From the NCBI RefSeq assembly GCF_009914755.1, contig NC_060935.1: 64,000 nt of DNA. The stretch is one strand, 5' to 3'. The DNA comes from the human T2T-CHM13v2.0 reference genome, Homo sapiens. Under the pieces are notes generated by a model. It worked only from the letters and a program-made list of their open reading frames with translations, had not been told where the DNA came from and ran no database searches. Position 1 is the stretch's first letter; each line of letters begins with the position of its first letter. The position numbers were made by a program, and so were the translations under genes. Shown here in pieces: positions 19,476 to 35,537 of this stretch.

Positions 19476-20026
19476 TTAAATTCATTCAGTCAACAAATAT
19501 TTATTGAATACCTACTAAGTTCTAGTCATCATGCTAGGCACTGACTGTTCAAGAATAAACATAGACAAGACTTCTGCCCTTTCAGAAACCAGCTAAGATT
19601 CTTCAACCCAAGGCAGCTGTGAAGTATAACACATCTCTGGCTCAATTTTCTCCATATGGTTTGGGGTTCCATGAATGAGTCTGTGGGAAGATTTCCTGTA
19701 CGTAGAATGCATGTATAAAGGAATAATTATTCTATGGTTCGAAAGAGAAAAAAAGTAAGATCAAAGTGTAGAAGCTATGTTAAGAAAGATTCCAGTTTAA
19801 TGATTTTTGAAAGAGCAGTAAAAATAAGACCAAGATGTGGAAGCTGTATTGAGAAAGATCCAATTTAATTCTAATAATCTTTAACAGAATTGCCCAAAGA
19901 TAGAATGAATTGTTTTGAGAGATGGTACAGTTAGCTGTCAGTGGGAGTGTTCAATACTAAGCAAGATTCACTCGCTCAACCATTGAGTGATGACCACATG
20001 CAGGCACTGTGCTAGGCTCTCTGTAT

Positions 20027-20440
20027 TTTCAGTAAGCTATTGTTGTACAACAAAGCACCCTAAAACAGTGTCTTAGAACAACAGTAAATGTTTATGATCT
20101 CTCACAAAGTCTGTGGGTCAGCAGCTTGGCTGTGTGTTTCTGGTTCAGAGTCTGTCATGAGGTTGCATCTGAAGGCTTGGCTGAGGCTGGAGGATCTGTT
20201 TCCAAGGTGAATCACTTTACATGGCTGGCAAGTTGGTGCTAGCTGTTCGGAAGGGGCTTCAGTTCCCCCCTGTGTTGACCTCTTCACAGGGCTGCTTGCA
20301 CGTCCTCCCAACATGGCAGCTATCTTCCCTCAGAATGAGTGATCCAAGAGAAATCAAGGTAGGTGCCACAATGCCCTTTATGACCTAGACTTAGAAGTGA
20401 AATACCATGACATAGCCTATTGATCACACATCAGCCACCA
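20027..20440. mobile_element. MLT1-type MaLR LTR
   Basis: TCTCACA..TCTGTGGGTCAG..CACATGGCTGGCAAGTTGGTGCT..CTCTTCACAGGGCTGCTTG motifs. Confidence 0.65.
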
Positions 20441-21459
20441 TTGTGAGGGCTAGCTACCACATCCTGCAAATACAATGATGAACAAACAAATGGTGTGCCT
20501 GAGCTCGAGGGCTGTTAGCCTAGAGTTAAGATCATTCCTTAAATGATATCAAAGGAATTAGGGCTGAGAGACAAGGTTGTTCCCTCCAACCCTAATGCCC
20601 TGTGATCTTATGATTCCAGGTCCTAGGTCTTTTGTTCCCATATCACCAATCCATTATCTCAGAACCAGCAGCTCACCAAACCCTCGCTCCTCAGATGTGG
20701 GCCATTCGGGGGTTTTTATTGTGCCCCTGCATTGTCAGCTACTTGTCATCACACAGCAAGATAGCATGACTCCACCCTGCAGGCTCTCAGACAGGAGACA
20801 AGGGAGTGCCCAAATAACCCTAAGCTTGTTGTTTCTGTCCCCAGGACATACCTCAGCCTCCTCCTGGGAGCACAGGGCATACTATGATAACAGCAGGAGG
20901 ACACGGCGTCCCCATGCAGGAGCTGCTTTTGATCCTGCCAGGACAATCCCTCAAGAGCAGCAAAGCCCTGTATGTACAGGAAGAGAATGGCCCTCAGATC
21001 ACTTCCCTTTGCCCTAATCAGGGCCACGTAGTACACCAGAGACCTCAGGGGTAGTGACCCTGGATGTTCTCAGAGGACTTCTGACCTTTGAACTTGGGGA
21101 TGGGCATAGGAGTGTGGCTAGCATCTCAGCCTGGCCCAAACCAGTGCTGGTCAGCATGCCTTTGAGGCACTAACCCAGGCCCACAGAGGAGTCATCTACT
21201 TCCAAGTCACCTGAGGAGCCAGTGGTGACCAGGGAGATAATGGCCTGAAATTGTGCTGGCTCTGAGGGACTGTTGGGTAAGCTAATGTGGGCTGGGCTGG
21301 AGTTCAAACACACCTCCCTGGTGCCCACAGGGACCTCCCAGCACACGCTCTCCTATGGGTCTCAATGATTCAGTCTTTCCTGGTGGCATAGACTGTAGCC
21401 TGGAGAAGCTCTGGGGAATATTTCTTTTCTTACTTATTTCTGGTTTTAAAAGTACTACT

Positions 21460-22528
<1,069 letters not shown>

Positions 22529-22529
22529 T

Positions 22530-22560
<31 letters not shown>

Positions 22561-23508
22561 TTCCACCACTTGCTAGGTAATGTACCTCACCATTCTGAAG
22601 TGCCTCTTCCTCATCTATTGTGTCTTTGATGTGATGGTCGATCATGAGAATTATATGAGCCAATATGGTAATATAAGGTGGTTTTTAAAAGCACCTCACA
22701 CTACCAGCATTGCAGTCAGCAATGAATTGCCATCCTTGCATTGAAAAGCTCTACAACCGTTGCCACTGGGCATTTCTTATTGGCCATCATTTGTAGGGGG
22801 CTTTCACCTCCTCATGTATTCCCTGTTTTCCCTTCTGTGACCTCCCCTCCTTTCCTACTCTTCATTACCACCTCAAATGCCAGTGCAGGGAATGCACGGA
22901 ACAATTGACTCCATCTCTCTGCCTTGTGGTCTCTTTCCAGCCAGTTCCTCTGGGTGTCCTGGTCAACAGCTAGCATGCACTGTCAATGACATTCTCTCTT
23001 TCAGAGGTATTCTAGGTCTAACTGTTAAGCTAACAGGATTTTCACTTCCTTACACGTTCACATACCAATATGTATGTGTGTTCCTTGACCGGGTTGTAAA
23101 GTACATAATAGTTGAAACCTTGCTTTTTTTTTTTTCATAAAATATCTTGGACATCTTCCCATAAATAAACAGATTCCCCAAACCAAACCAGAGTGTTTTG
23201 CTTGAACTCAGGACCTCATGAGAGATCTGAGACCAGCTGTTAGAGAATCTCTGAGAAGGGCAGGTAGAGGCTGTTGCCCAGGTCCCCAGTCAGCTCAGCC
23301 GCTGGAGAGGAGCAGAGGACTGACTGGCCACAGGGGGACTAAGTCCACCTGCTAGCTCAGAACAGGAGGAAGGCTGCTTTCCTTGGAAGATGGGACCAAC
23401 CCTAATGAGGACTAATAAGTGTATCTCAGACAAACCAATTGACCAACTGGAACAGGCCAGAGATGAGGGTGTGTCTTCCAAGGCCCAAAGCAAGAGAAAC
23501 ATCCCTAA

Positions 23509-23851
<343 letters not shown>

Positions 23852-24412
23852 TCAATCAAGGTTTTTAATTGCTAGCCACAGAAACCTACTCTGGAAGACA
23901 TAATCAGAAGATGAACTTACTGACATATTTCCAGGAATTTCAAGGAAATGTCTAGGAAAGCTGGAGTACTTGGTTTGGAAAATAAACAAGAATAAGGGGA
24001 GCTGAGGGAGAAACATGGCCATGCTCATGCCACAGAACTAGAGTGATGGGGACGGCTGTGCTGTCACCACTGAGCCAGGATGGGGACAGCCCAGTTTGCC
24101 CACCAGCCACTGCCACGCCTGGTCCCTGGCCTGAGGCTCTAGCCTGGCCGCAAGCTGCCTGTTGCTGCCGCACTGTTCCTGCCCACCCCAGAAAAGATTC
24201 TCCACTGTCTCTGTTTCTTTACACCAGTCTGGGGCAATTACATCTGATTTGCTGAGCATAGGTCCCATGTCCCATGCTGGAGGTAAGCGAGGCTAGAAGG
24301 CAGGCGACTGGAGTTGTTAGTGTCTGTAATGGAGGCAGCCTCTGACTCCCACCAAAACTCATCAGCGAGACACTTTCGAAACAAAACAGGAGAGCTTCAG
24401 AGGCTGGGAAAG

Positions 24413-24776
24413 TGTCTTAGATCTTTTGGGCTTCTATAACGAGACACCAAAAACTGGGTGGATTACAAACAACAGACATTTATTCCTCATAGTCCTGGAG
24501 GCTGGGAAGTCTAAGAGCAAGGCACCAGCATATCCCGTGTCTGGTGAGGGCCCACTTCCTGGTTCATAAATGGCACCTTCTCGCTGTGTCCTCGCACGTG
24601 GAAGGGGCAAGGGATTTCTGTGGGGCCTCTTTTATAAGGACACTAATCTCATTCATGAGGGCTCCCCCTTCATGACCTGATCACCTCCCAAATGCCTTCT
24701 CTCCTAATGCCATCACCTTACAGATTAGAATTGCAACATAGGAATTTAGGGGGACGCAAACATTCAGTTCACTGCA
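24413..24776. mobile_element. MLT1A-type MaLR solo LTR
   Basis: TGTCTTAG...CATTTATT..CTGGAGGCTGGGAAGTC..TCTGGTGAGGGC..AAACATTCAG..CA. Confidence 0.75.
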
Positions 24777-24965
24777 GCAGCCAAAAGCAAAGTTACTACC
24801 AAGAGACCTCTGCCAGACCCAGGGGATTGATGAGACATCTTGGTACAGGAAAGAGAAGGCATTCCTCATCCAGGAGGACGAGGACTGTGGCAGGACCCTC
24901 AGAGACCTGCAGGATGGCCCTAAGGGTGGTGGGAGAGGTGCACGGGTCTAATCCAGGATTCATAT

Positions 24966-26053
<1,088 letters not shown>

Positions 26054-27833
26054 CAGGGTTCATATTAAGAACCAAGTTCTGGGAGACACTGAGGCCCCCA
26101 GGGGTTCTGGAGTCAGCACTAAACCAGGCAGCCCTCAGGTGAGGTCTGAGAGCATCTCAGAAGCTTCCAGACCCTCTTGGAACCCGGCCCACCCTGCATC
26201 TCACTTCCTTTTGGTGACTCGTTGCTCTGTTTGGCCTCATTGGCCCTTTCCTAAAGCCATCCAGTAAACCTCCAGGTGCCTGGTGGGTTTGTCAAGGTGT
26301 TTCCCCATAGGTTCCTGTGCTTCTAGTGGGGGTAGGTATCAAAGTGGCCGCAGCAGCCTTACTGGCCTGGTATGCAGGAGCGAGAGCAGCTGGGGCAGGG
26401 GAGACCCGGGGGTCTACCCTTGGCCAGCTGTGGCGGTCTCATTAATAGAGTGTGGCCTGGAGGTGAGCGGGATGAGGAAGTCACATTTACTGCAGCACCA
26501 GCTATTGCACGGTTATTCCGTGCCTGATGTTAAGTGCTTGACTCCGTTGCTCCATCAAACCTTCAGCACAACTCCTCTCTAAGCAGAGGATTGTCATTAC
26601 CCATGTCTTCCAAAAGAAGCTCAATTATTCGCCCCACATCACCCGGTAGTCGGTCAAAAAGCCAGGATTCAAACCTAGGCTTGTCTGATTCCCAAGCATA
26701 CATCCCTCCCACCAGGCCAGCACCAGGGGCCAGAGGGGTATAGGCCTGGGCCAGACCATGCTGGGGGCCACTACCCTGAGGGCACCTTGAGAGGGAAGGA
26801 GGAGGCCCCAGGACACCCTCCAAGGGGACTTCCCCCTCCTCCTTAGCATGTTCCAGGCCTCTTCCAGGAAAGCCCTGAAGGGCCTGCATCCCCCTGTGGC
26901 GAGGAAAGGGAGGTGGCTAGACTCGCAGGGCTGGGGTCCACGGGTAACAGGCTGTGGAGTCGTTTGAGACAAATGCTTGAACTGGCTCTTTCCTTGTGAG
27001 GTTTTCGAGTCTCTAAGGGTGGGGTGAAAGACCACTCCAAGGCTGCAGCTGCCCACAGCTGGCTGTGCTGATGAGACTGCTCAGGCCCCCTGACTCTCTG
27101 CCCCTAATCCCAGTGGCTGCAAACTCAGCCCCAAACTGGCAGGCCACCTGGCAGGAGGCCCCTGGACAGAGCAGACCAGGGCCCCGCAGGCTCCAGCACC
27201 TGCTCTGCCCCTCCTCCCCAGACTCGTCTCGGTCCCCAAGCCTCAATCCCCAATTCTGGATGGAGACCACAGGTTTAGCAGTCAAGAAAGTTCTGAAATA
27301 AGCATGAATCGCTTTCATAATGGAACTGGGGTGGGGTGGGTTAAATGACACTACATGAATAAGTTAAAGGCACTGAAGATCTCGTGCAAGGAGGAACCAT
27401 CTCCCCCAGTGTACTGTGAGCCCCCCAGGGCCAGGGACCCTGTTCTGCTCGCCTCCAGGTGTCCCCCTCAGTGTGAGGCAGAGTCGGGCACATGGCTGCA
27501 CAAAAGCTGTTTGCTGGTTGTCCGGTGCCTAGAATAATGACTGGCGCATCGGAGGCATTCAATGCATATTTGTTGGCTAAATGAATATAAGTAGGTTGCA
27601 TATTTTGTCTTGGGATAATGTGTGACATCTTTTTCTGCCTCCCCTTAGAGGACTCCCCATGTACTCGCCTCCAGTCCACCAGGCCCTTACCTCTCCTGCA
27701 GTCTCATCTCCCCAATCCTGGGTGTCTCCTGCCAGGCCGCTGCTAAGCTCTGCCCAGTCATGGTTACCTCCCCACCTCCCCAGCTGCAAGGAGGATTCAT
27801 CCGGCAACCAGTTGAGGCTAGATTCTCAGCAGC

Positions 27834-27839
27834 TTTATT
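27834..27839 (-). terminator. APOA4: APOA4 polyadenylation signal AATAAA
   Basis: tttatt on + strand about 135 nt past the stop codon. Confidence 0.9.
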
Positions 27840-27907
27840 GAATATTGAGAGGTGGTCTCACCTCCCACTGGACATGTGTCCTCAAGTTCATACCAGAACT
27901 TCTTTGG

Positions 27908-27920
27908 GACAGACAGACAG
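27908..27920 (-). repeat. APOA4: APOA4 3'UTR (CTGT)3 repeat (recalled 3/4-copy polymorphism)
   Basis: gacagacagacag on + strand. Confidence 0.8.
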
Positions 27921-27974
27921 GTGGCAGGGCAGGGCAGGTGTCCACGAGGGTGGGGCCAGTGCACCAGGGGCAGC

Positions 27975-28989
27975 TCAGCTCTCCAAAGGGGCCAGCATCT
28001 GCACCTGCTCCTGCTGCTGCTCCTGCTGCTGTTCCTGCTGTTGCTCCAGCTCAGGGAGGGAGAGAGTCTTGTCCTGGCTCTCTTTCTCCTTGAAGGTGCT
28101 GAAGAAGGAGTTGACCTTGTCCCTCAGGTCCTTCTCCAGGAAGCTCAAGTGGCCTTCCACGTCCCCCGCATGGGGGCCCAGTTTCTGCCTGAGCTGTTCC
28201 ATCTGCTGCACCAGGGCTTTGTTGAAGTTTTCCCCGTAGGGCTCCACCCGGCGTCGGAACTCCTCCACCTGCTGGTCCAGGTGCCCACCCAGCTCTGCCA
28301 GTGACTTCTGCAGCCCCTCGGTGTTGCCCCTCAGGTTGCCACGCACGTCCTCGGCCAAGGGCGCCAGCCTCTGCCGCAGCTCCTCGGCACTGGCCGAGAT
28401 CCTGGCCTTGAGCTCCTCGGCGTTCTTCTTCATCTGGAAGGTCAGGCCCTCAAGCTGGTGGTTGAGCTTCTCCTGCGTGTCCTGAGCATAGGGAGCCAGG
28501 CTGCGGCGCAGCTCCTCCACGGTCTGGTCAATCTTGACTTTGAATTCGTCAGCGTAGGGCGTAAGGCGTCCCTTGAGCTCCTCCACGTTCTGGTCGATCT
28601 TGGCCTTGAGCTCGTCGGCGTGGGGCCTCAGCGAGGCCTGCAGGCTGTCGGCGTTCTCCCGCAGCACTCTCTCCATGCGCTGTGCGTAGGGGGTCAGCTG
28701 GCGCCGCAGCTGCTCGGCCTGCGTGTTGACCTGGGTGCGCAGCTGGTCCGCGTAGGGCTCCAGGCGCTGCTGAAGCTCTCGCAGGTTGTCCCCGATCTTC
28801 TGGCTCACCTCATTGGCATGGGGCAGCAGCCGGGCCCTCAGCTCCTCCAGCTCCTTCCCAATCTCCTCCTTCAGTTTCTCCGAGTCCTTGGCCAGGCGTT
28901 CATGCAGCTCGGTGGCAAAGGGCACCAGCTTCTTCTGCAGGTCACCTGCGTAAGTGTTCACTTCTCCAAGTTTGTCCTGGAAGAGGGCA
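27975..28989 (-). CDS. APOA4: Apolipoprotein A-IV, exon 3 (22-aa amphipathic repeats, C-terminal EQQQ repeats, stop)
   Basis: ORF 27975..29030 reads [13 protein letters not shown]...QMLAPLES; AG acceptor at 28991-28990; 49+127+1015=1191 nt = 396 aa + stop. Confidence 0.99.
27999..28046 (-). repeat. APOA4: Coding 12-bp tandem repeat x4 ([16 protein letters not shown])
   Basis: GAGCAACAGCAG GAACAGCAGCAG GAGCAGCAGCAG GAGCAGGTGCAG. Confidence 0.95.
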
Positions 28990-29766
28990 CTGTGGGGAAG
29001 GGCACAAGGAGGCCACGTTACATTTGGCATTTACACGGCAAGACTTTGTCTGCTTGTATACCACTCGCCTTATGCACACGTGCTAAGACAGGTGAGTGCT
29101 CAGAGGTACCGAGTTCACCCTCCCTATGGTGGTGCAGATTGGAGAGGATGGGTGTCACAGACTAAGTTACGATGCTGAATTTCTATCTCAGGATCTCCCA
29201 CATAGTTTGTCTCAGAATCTACCCACCATGTCACCTCCAGCAGTTTGCTTTCCCCTCCTTGTCTGCAGAGGGTGGGACTTTGAGGTCCTTCCCAGAGGGA
29301 GTGTTCTGGGCCATAGGATCACATTGTGTAACACAATGTTGTCTTCTTGACCTCTGCTGGGGTCTTCCAGTGGCACAAGGTGCTGCTTTCCTTGCCTGTG
29401 CCCAGGGGCCTCCCAAATATTCCCACCTCCCTCCCCTTGATTCCACTGGGGCCTGTCTTTCTGAAACGTATTAGAAATCAGCTCACATGACATTTTCCTC
29501 CCTCCCTCTCTTCCATGAGCCTGAATGATAGGATGTGGCCATTTGTCAAACTCTAGAACGTCAAAGCAAAAGGACATGGCAGGGATTATTCGGTCCAAAC
29601 TTCCGGTTTACATATGTGGATCCTAGGTTCAGAGGCCCGGCCAGTTAGTGGCAGGGCAGTGGGTATCCTAAGCTCAGGGCTCCTGTCTCTAAGCTCAACC
29701 CTTGCCAGTACATTGCATGGCCTTTAAGAATTCCCCGTCACCACCGCACACTGTAGTCCCTCTTAC

Positions 29767-29893
29767 TTGAGTTGCTGGGTGAGTTCAGATTTCTGGAGAT
29801 GTTCCACGGCCTCCTTGGCATTGTTGCTCAGCTGGCTGAAGTAGTCCCACATCACTGTGGCCACCTGGTCAGCACTGACCTCAGCCCTGGCTC
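29767..29893 (-). CDS. APOA4: Apolipoprotein A-IV, exon 2 ([43 protein letters not shown])
   Basis: AG acceptor at 29895-29894, GTAAG donor at 29766-29762; 127 nt. Confidence 0.98.
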
Positions 29894-30250
29894 CTGGGTG
29901 GTAACAGAGAGCAATTCATGAGGCCCCGTCTCCTGTGTGGCCCCTCTGCTCCAGCTCTGAGCTGCAGACTGGATGATGGTGGGGGTGCCTCAACCTGCCA
30001 TTTTCCCTGTCTGAGCTTAGCTTTTTGGAAGCCACAGGGATATGTGAAACTGGTATAGCACCAATGCCAATGGGCCCACCACTGGGACTGGGCCAGCTCT
30101 CCTGTGAGCCACTTGGCAGCCAGGCAGACCTCATGTCCAGCTGGGGGCTGATGGGCACTCAGAAGTGTCCTTTTGCTTTGGCTCAGCCTCCATCCTGCAC
30201 TACTCAGAGCAGCAGCCCAGGAGTGCCATCCAAAGACAGCTTCTACTCAC

Positions 30251-30299
30251 CGGCGACAGCCACCAGGGCCAGGGTCAGGACCACGGCCTTCAGGAACAT
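30251..30299 (-). CDS. APOA4: Apolipoprotein A-IV, coding exon 1 (signal peptide MFLKAVVLTLALVAVA)
   Basis: ATG at 30299-30297; GTGAG donor at 30250-30246; 49 nt. Confidence 0.98.
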
Positions 30300-30411
30300 C
30301 CTGAGCTGCTTGCTGGGCTGGAGGAGTTTCTTGCCACACTGGATCCTCCCTACAATCAGGGGAGCTGACAGAGAGGTCCTCAGGAGAGCTCACCTGCGCT
30401 GCAGTGGGAAC

Positions 30412-30790
30412 TGACTGAAGCTCAGAGCCAGCCAGACATTTAAACTCTCTCCCTATCGCCACCCCCCTGGCTGCCCTCCCCTCCTCCTTCCTCAGTGTGA
30501 CTCCACGCTGGAAGGTGACACATTCCCAAGAGGCCTCTTGGACTTTTGTGACCCTGAGACTACGTGGAAGCTGACAGCAGATCAGGGCTCAGGCGATAGT
30601 TAGAAGTGGTGGCTGTTCCGTGCGTGGGCACCCCCACCCCCACCCCACCAACCTCAGCATGGAAGGGAGGAGGGGAACGGAAAACAGTAGGAGAAACACC
30701 TCAGGGAGCCCATGAGCCCGGGACTGATGCCTCGAGGCCCTGCTGGCGGCTCTGGGTTTGTGCCGGGCTCATGGGGGGCAAAGTCCACAT
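30412..30790 (-). promoter_or_regulatory. APOA4: APOA4 proximal promoter: TSS ~30412, TATA-like TTTAAA 30439-30444, nuclear-receptor/HNF4 elements at 30539-30554 and 30775-30787, CREBH-type CCACG elements at 30503-30510 and 30560-30567
   Basis: GGGTCACAAAAGTCCA at about -142/-127; GGGGCAAAGTCCA DR1 at about -375/-363; positions agree with recalled AIVC/AIVE elements. Confidence 0.8.
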
Positions 30791-31156
30791 CTCCTCTGTC
30801 TACCCCAGTGAAGACAGGTCCCCCCAGTCTCCACATCCGCCACTAATGCTGACTCCATCTCAGAGCACCAGACACTGGAGTGGGACCATCCAGGACTGCA
30901 GACAGCATAGTGAGCTAAAATCTAGGTCTCTTGTCAAGGTACACCCAAGAGGAGGGGGCCCTGGAGAGCCTTTGGGCAGATGGGTGTGGGAGACAGGGCC
31001 TTGTCCTGAAAGGGTTAATTGTAGAGTGCTTCATGTCCCACTCCCATGCTGTGCCTCCTTGGTCTAGTTATTCAAAGCCCTGAGCTTCAGTTTCTCCTCT
31101 GAACAATGGGATGGTTCAGTACATTAAAGAAGACATTGCTTGCGAAGTGGGTAGTA

Positions 31157-32280
<1,124 letters not shown>

Positions 32281-35229
32281 TAGAGCTCCTGGCACAGAGT
32301 AAGCTCTGAAAAATAGTTGCTGTTATTATAATAATCATACTGTATAATAATCATACTGTGTTCCTGATTTGGAGCAAAGCAGGGAGGGTAGCAGAGTGCT
32401 CCCTCCTCTAGTGAGAGTGGCAGAATGAGACTCAGCCCTCTGAGGGGCGCCAGGTGGGCCAGAGGCAGGGTGATGGGTGGGACCAGCCTGAGGCCTGACT
32501 CCTGCCCTTCTTGCCCCCCAGCCACACTCCCTGGGCAGGAGCAGCTGGCTTGAGCAGAATCTTGGGACCTGAGGCTCTCAGGGGACCTCCCATTGGGGGA
32601 TGGAGGGCAATGGTGGTGGTGCCCAGGAGGTCTTCTACTTAGATGTCTATTGGATCTCTAAATGAGGCTGCATGCATAATCACACACAAACATCCACTGA
32701 GAAGGTGACACACCACGTCAGCATGGGTCCCTCTGCCGGACCACACCACTCCTAGTGACTATGAGGTGACATCCAGGCACGTTGCACTATTGGCTCCTGT
32801 CGGTGAGTGCAGTGCCTGACAACAGTGAGCTACATTTATTTGTAAAAATGAACGCCATCAGAGTAGACCACAATTGTACTAACTCTAATTTGCTTTGTGT
32901 TCATTTTTTCAGTTTCCAGAAGTGGCTTAATGTTTCCTAGGGTCAAAGGCAGTCAAATGACCTCCTGACTCTGGCACCCCTTCTGCTGGGTCCCCACTGC
33001 CCTGTAGTGGTCCCCACGCTACCATGCTGCCTCCTTTTTGATGCAGCCTGTGCCATCTCTCTGTGATTGTTGGGGTCAGATGCTGGAGTCCACTCCCTGG
33101 CTTGGCATCCAGGCTCCAACACGTACTGCCTGTGTGTCCTTGGGCAAGTCTCATAACCTCTCTGAGCCTCAGTTACCTTGGTGAGACATAACCATTGTAC
33201 CTGCCTCCTAGGCTGTGAGGATTCACTGAGATGATCTTATAGTGCTTGCAACAATGTCTGGCACATAGTAAAAGTGATCACTAAATGTTAGCCACGTCTT
33301 ACCCCTGCAAGGCTCACCTCCCTGGAACCCATCGGTCCCAACCCTGCTCCTGAATCAGGCACAGTCCAGCTTGCAGCGGGAGCAAAGGTCAGTACTCAGT
33401 GCCCCTGTCCCTTCCCCAGGCCAGAGGGGAGGAGGAGACTGAGTCACGAATGACACCTCAGCCGCAGTTTGACCTCCAGGACTTACAGTCCTAGCAGCAG
33501 GTGCCACTAGCATGTGAGAGGTCCAGAGGCGCTTCTGTCTCACCCGCCCGCCTGGGTGCACCCATGCTGGGAGCGCCTGCACCATTTGAGCATGTCCGAG
33601 AGCATCCACCAGAGTGTGTGTGGATTCACAGAAGTGTGCAAATCACTAAGAACCAAGGGACTGGCACAGCCCATGCGTGCACCCACGCTCGCGAGGGGAC
33701 CTCCTGCCTTTCAACGTGGCGGGGATGTGACCTGTTAATGAATGTATTTACTTCCCAAAGTCTGAGGGTACGTTTTGCATCAATCTGTAGATGGATTTGT
33801 TTTGGGGAGCAGGGAGAGAATGAGAGCCCCCTGTGCTCAGTCTTAGAGGGTGCAAGTAGCTGATGGGAAGAGCAGACTGCCTTCCAGCCAGGCCTGGTCC
33901 TGTGAGTCAGGGACGTCCACCTTAGTGGGCATGAAAGGCCTGTGTGATCTCGAGGGAGACATCGCCTCTCCAAGCCTCTCCTTATCTGTGCAACAGGCAG
34001 ACTTAATGATTGGTGAGGCAATGAGGCTGATAGCTCAGCATTAGCTACAGCCACCCCTCCTGGCCAACCACACAGGGATCAAACCAGGGGTCAGTCCAGA
34101 GGTCAGAGTCAGGAGCAGAAAACTCAGATCCAGCCAGGGACAGGCAGGTCACACGGACATGTGCCTCACGTATGCTTCAAGGGGCCCTCCCCCGGGCAGA
34201 ACTGAAGGACAGCTCCTGTTGCCATAGGAAGGAGCTGGGTGAGATACTAGGAGGAACTTCCGGCATGATGATGTGTGATGAACAAGGGCCTCTGGCCAAC
34301 AGGTCTGAATCAGGGCTGCCCAGCCCAGCCTGGTGGGAAGGGCATGGAGCATGGGGGCTCATGTACTAAACCTCACCTGGACACAAGGTGAAACAGCCCA
34401 ACCCCAGAGGACCATTTTTGGCCCCGGATGGTCAAATCCCCTCTTCCTCCCATCTACCACTGGCTTCTCCCTGGAGCAGTCTTCATCCCAGGGGAGCCAT
34501 GATGGGAGAGAGGGGCAGCGCAGGCTGGCCACCAAGAGATCCCCTGCCGGGGTGCAGGTTGGACTGTTGGTGAGGGGCCACAGGTATTCTCAGGTACCAA
34601 GCCCTTGGAAGGAGACAAGGTACCAGGCTTCCTGGAGGTGTGCTACATCTAGCTCAGCACCCTGCCAGGTCTCTCTACCCACATGTCCTGACCTCCCTGG
34701 GTCCGTTGCCATGCGGGAGAGAGAGGCCAGGCTCCTCCAGACCCTCTGCAGAGATGGAAAGGCTTGGAGGGTCTGGGGCCACGGGACCCCGCCAGCCCAT
34801 TCTAGCACACCCGGGCCCATAGACCTTGTTGCCTGCCCCTGCCTGGATCTGGGTCCCCACTGTGCCTTTGCCTCTGGGGCTATGGAGCAGGCCGCAGCAG
34901 AAGAGGAAAGGGCATCCCCAATACCAAATCCTCCAGTGACCACTTCTTCACCTTCTACCCCACCACCAAAGTCTGCAGGAGACTTGAGACAGGTTTGTTC
35001 TGGGCGTGTGACTGATGCCTCTATAGGGGTCTCAGTGCTCTAAGCCGTCTGGTATTTGCCTGGGGTGTGTGAAGACCTGGATTAAGGTTCCCAGCCTTAC
35101 TACTAATGGGCTGTGCACTTGGAGCCCTTAGAGCCTTAGGTTTCTAACCTATAAAATGGACTTAACGTCTACTTCACAGGGTTCTATTTGCATTTTAACA
35201 GAAAACAAAGTCTTAAGTCAAAGGAATGA

Positions 35230-35537
<308 letters not shown>

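Noticed and set aside
28458-29165. 235-aa + strand ORF (and 27760-28304 ORFs) antisense to APOA4 exon 3
   Set aside because: Shadow ORFs produced by the GC3-rich codon usage of APOA4; no independent start context or protein similarity.
34333-35043. 236-aa + strand ORF in the APOA4-APOC3 intergenic region
   Set aside because: GC-rich stop-poor DNA, non-ATG start, no recognisable domain or splice structure.
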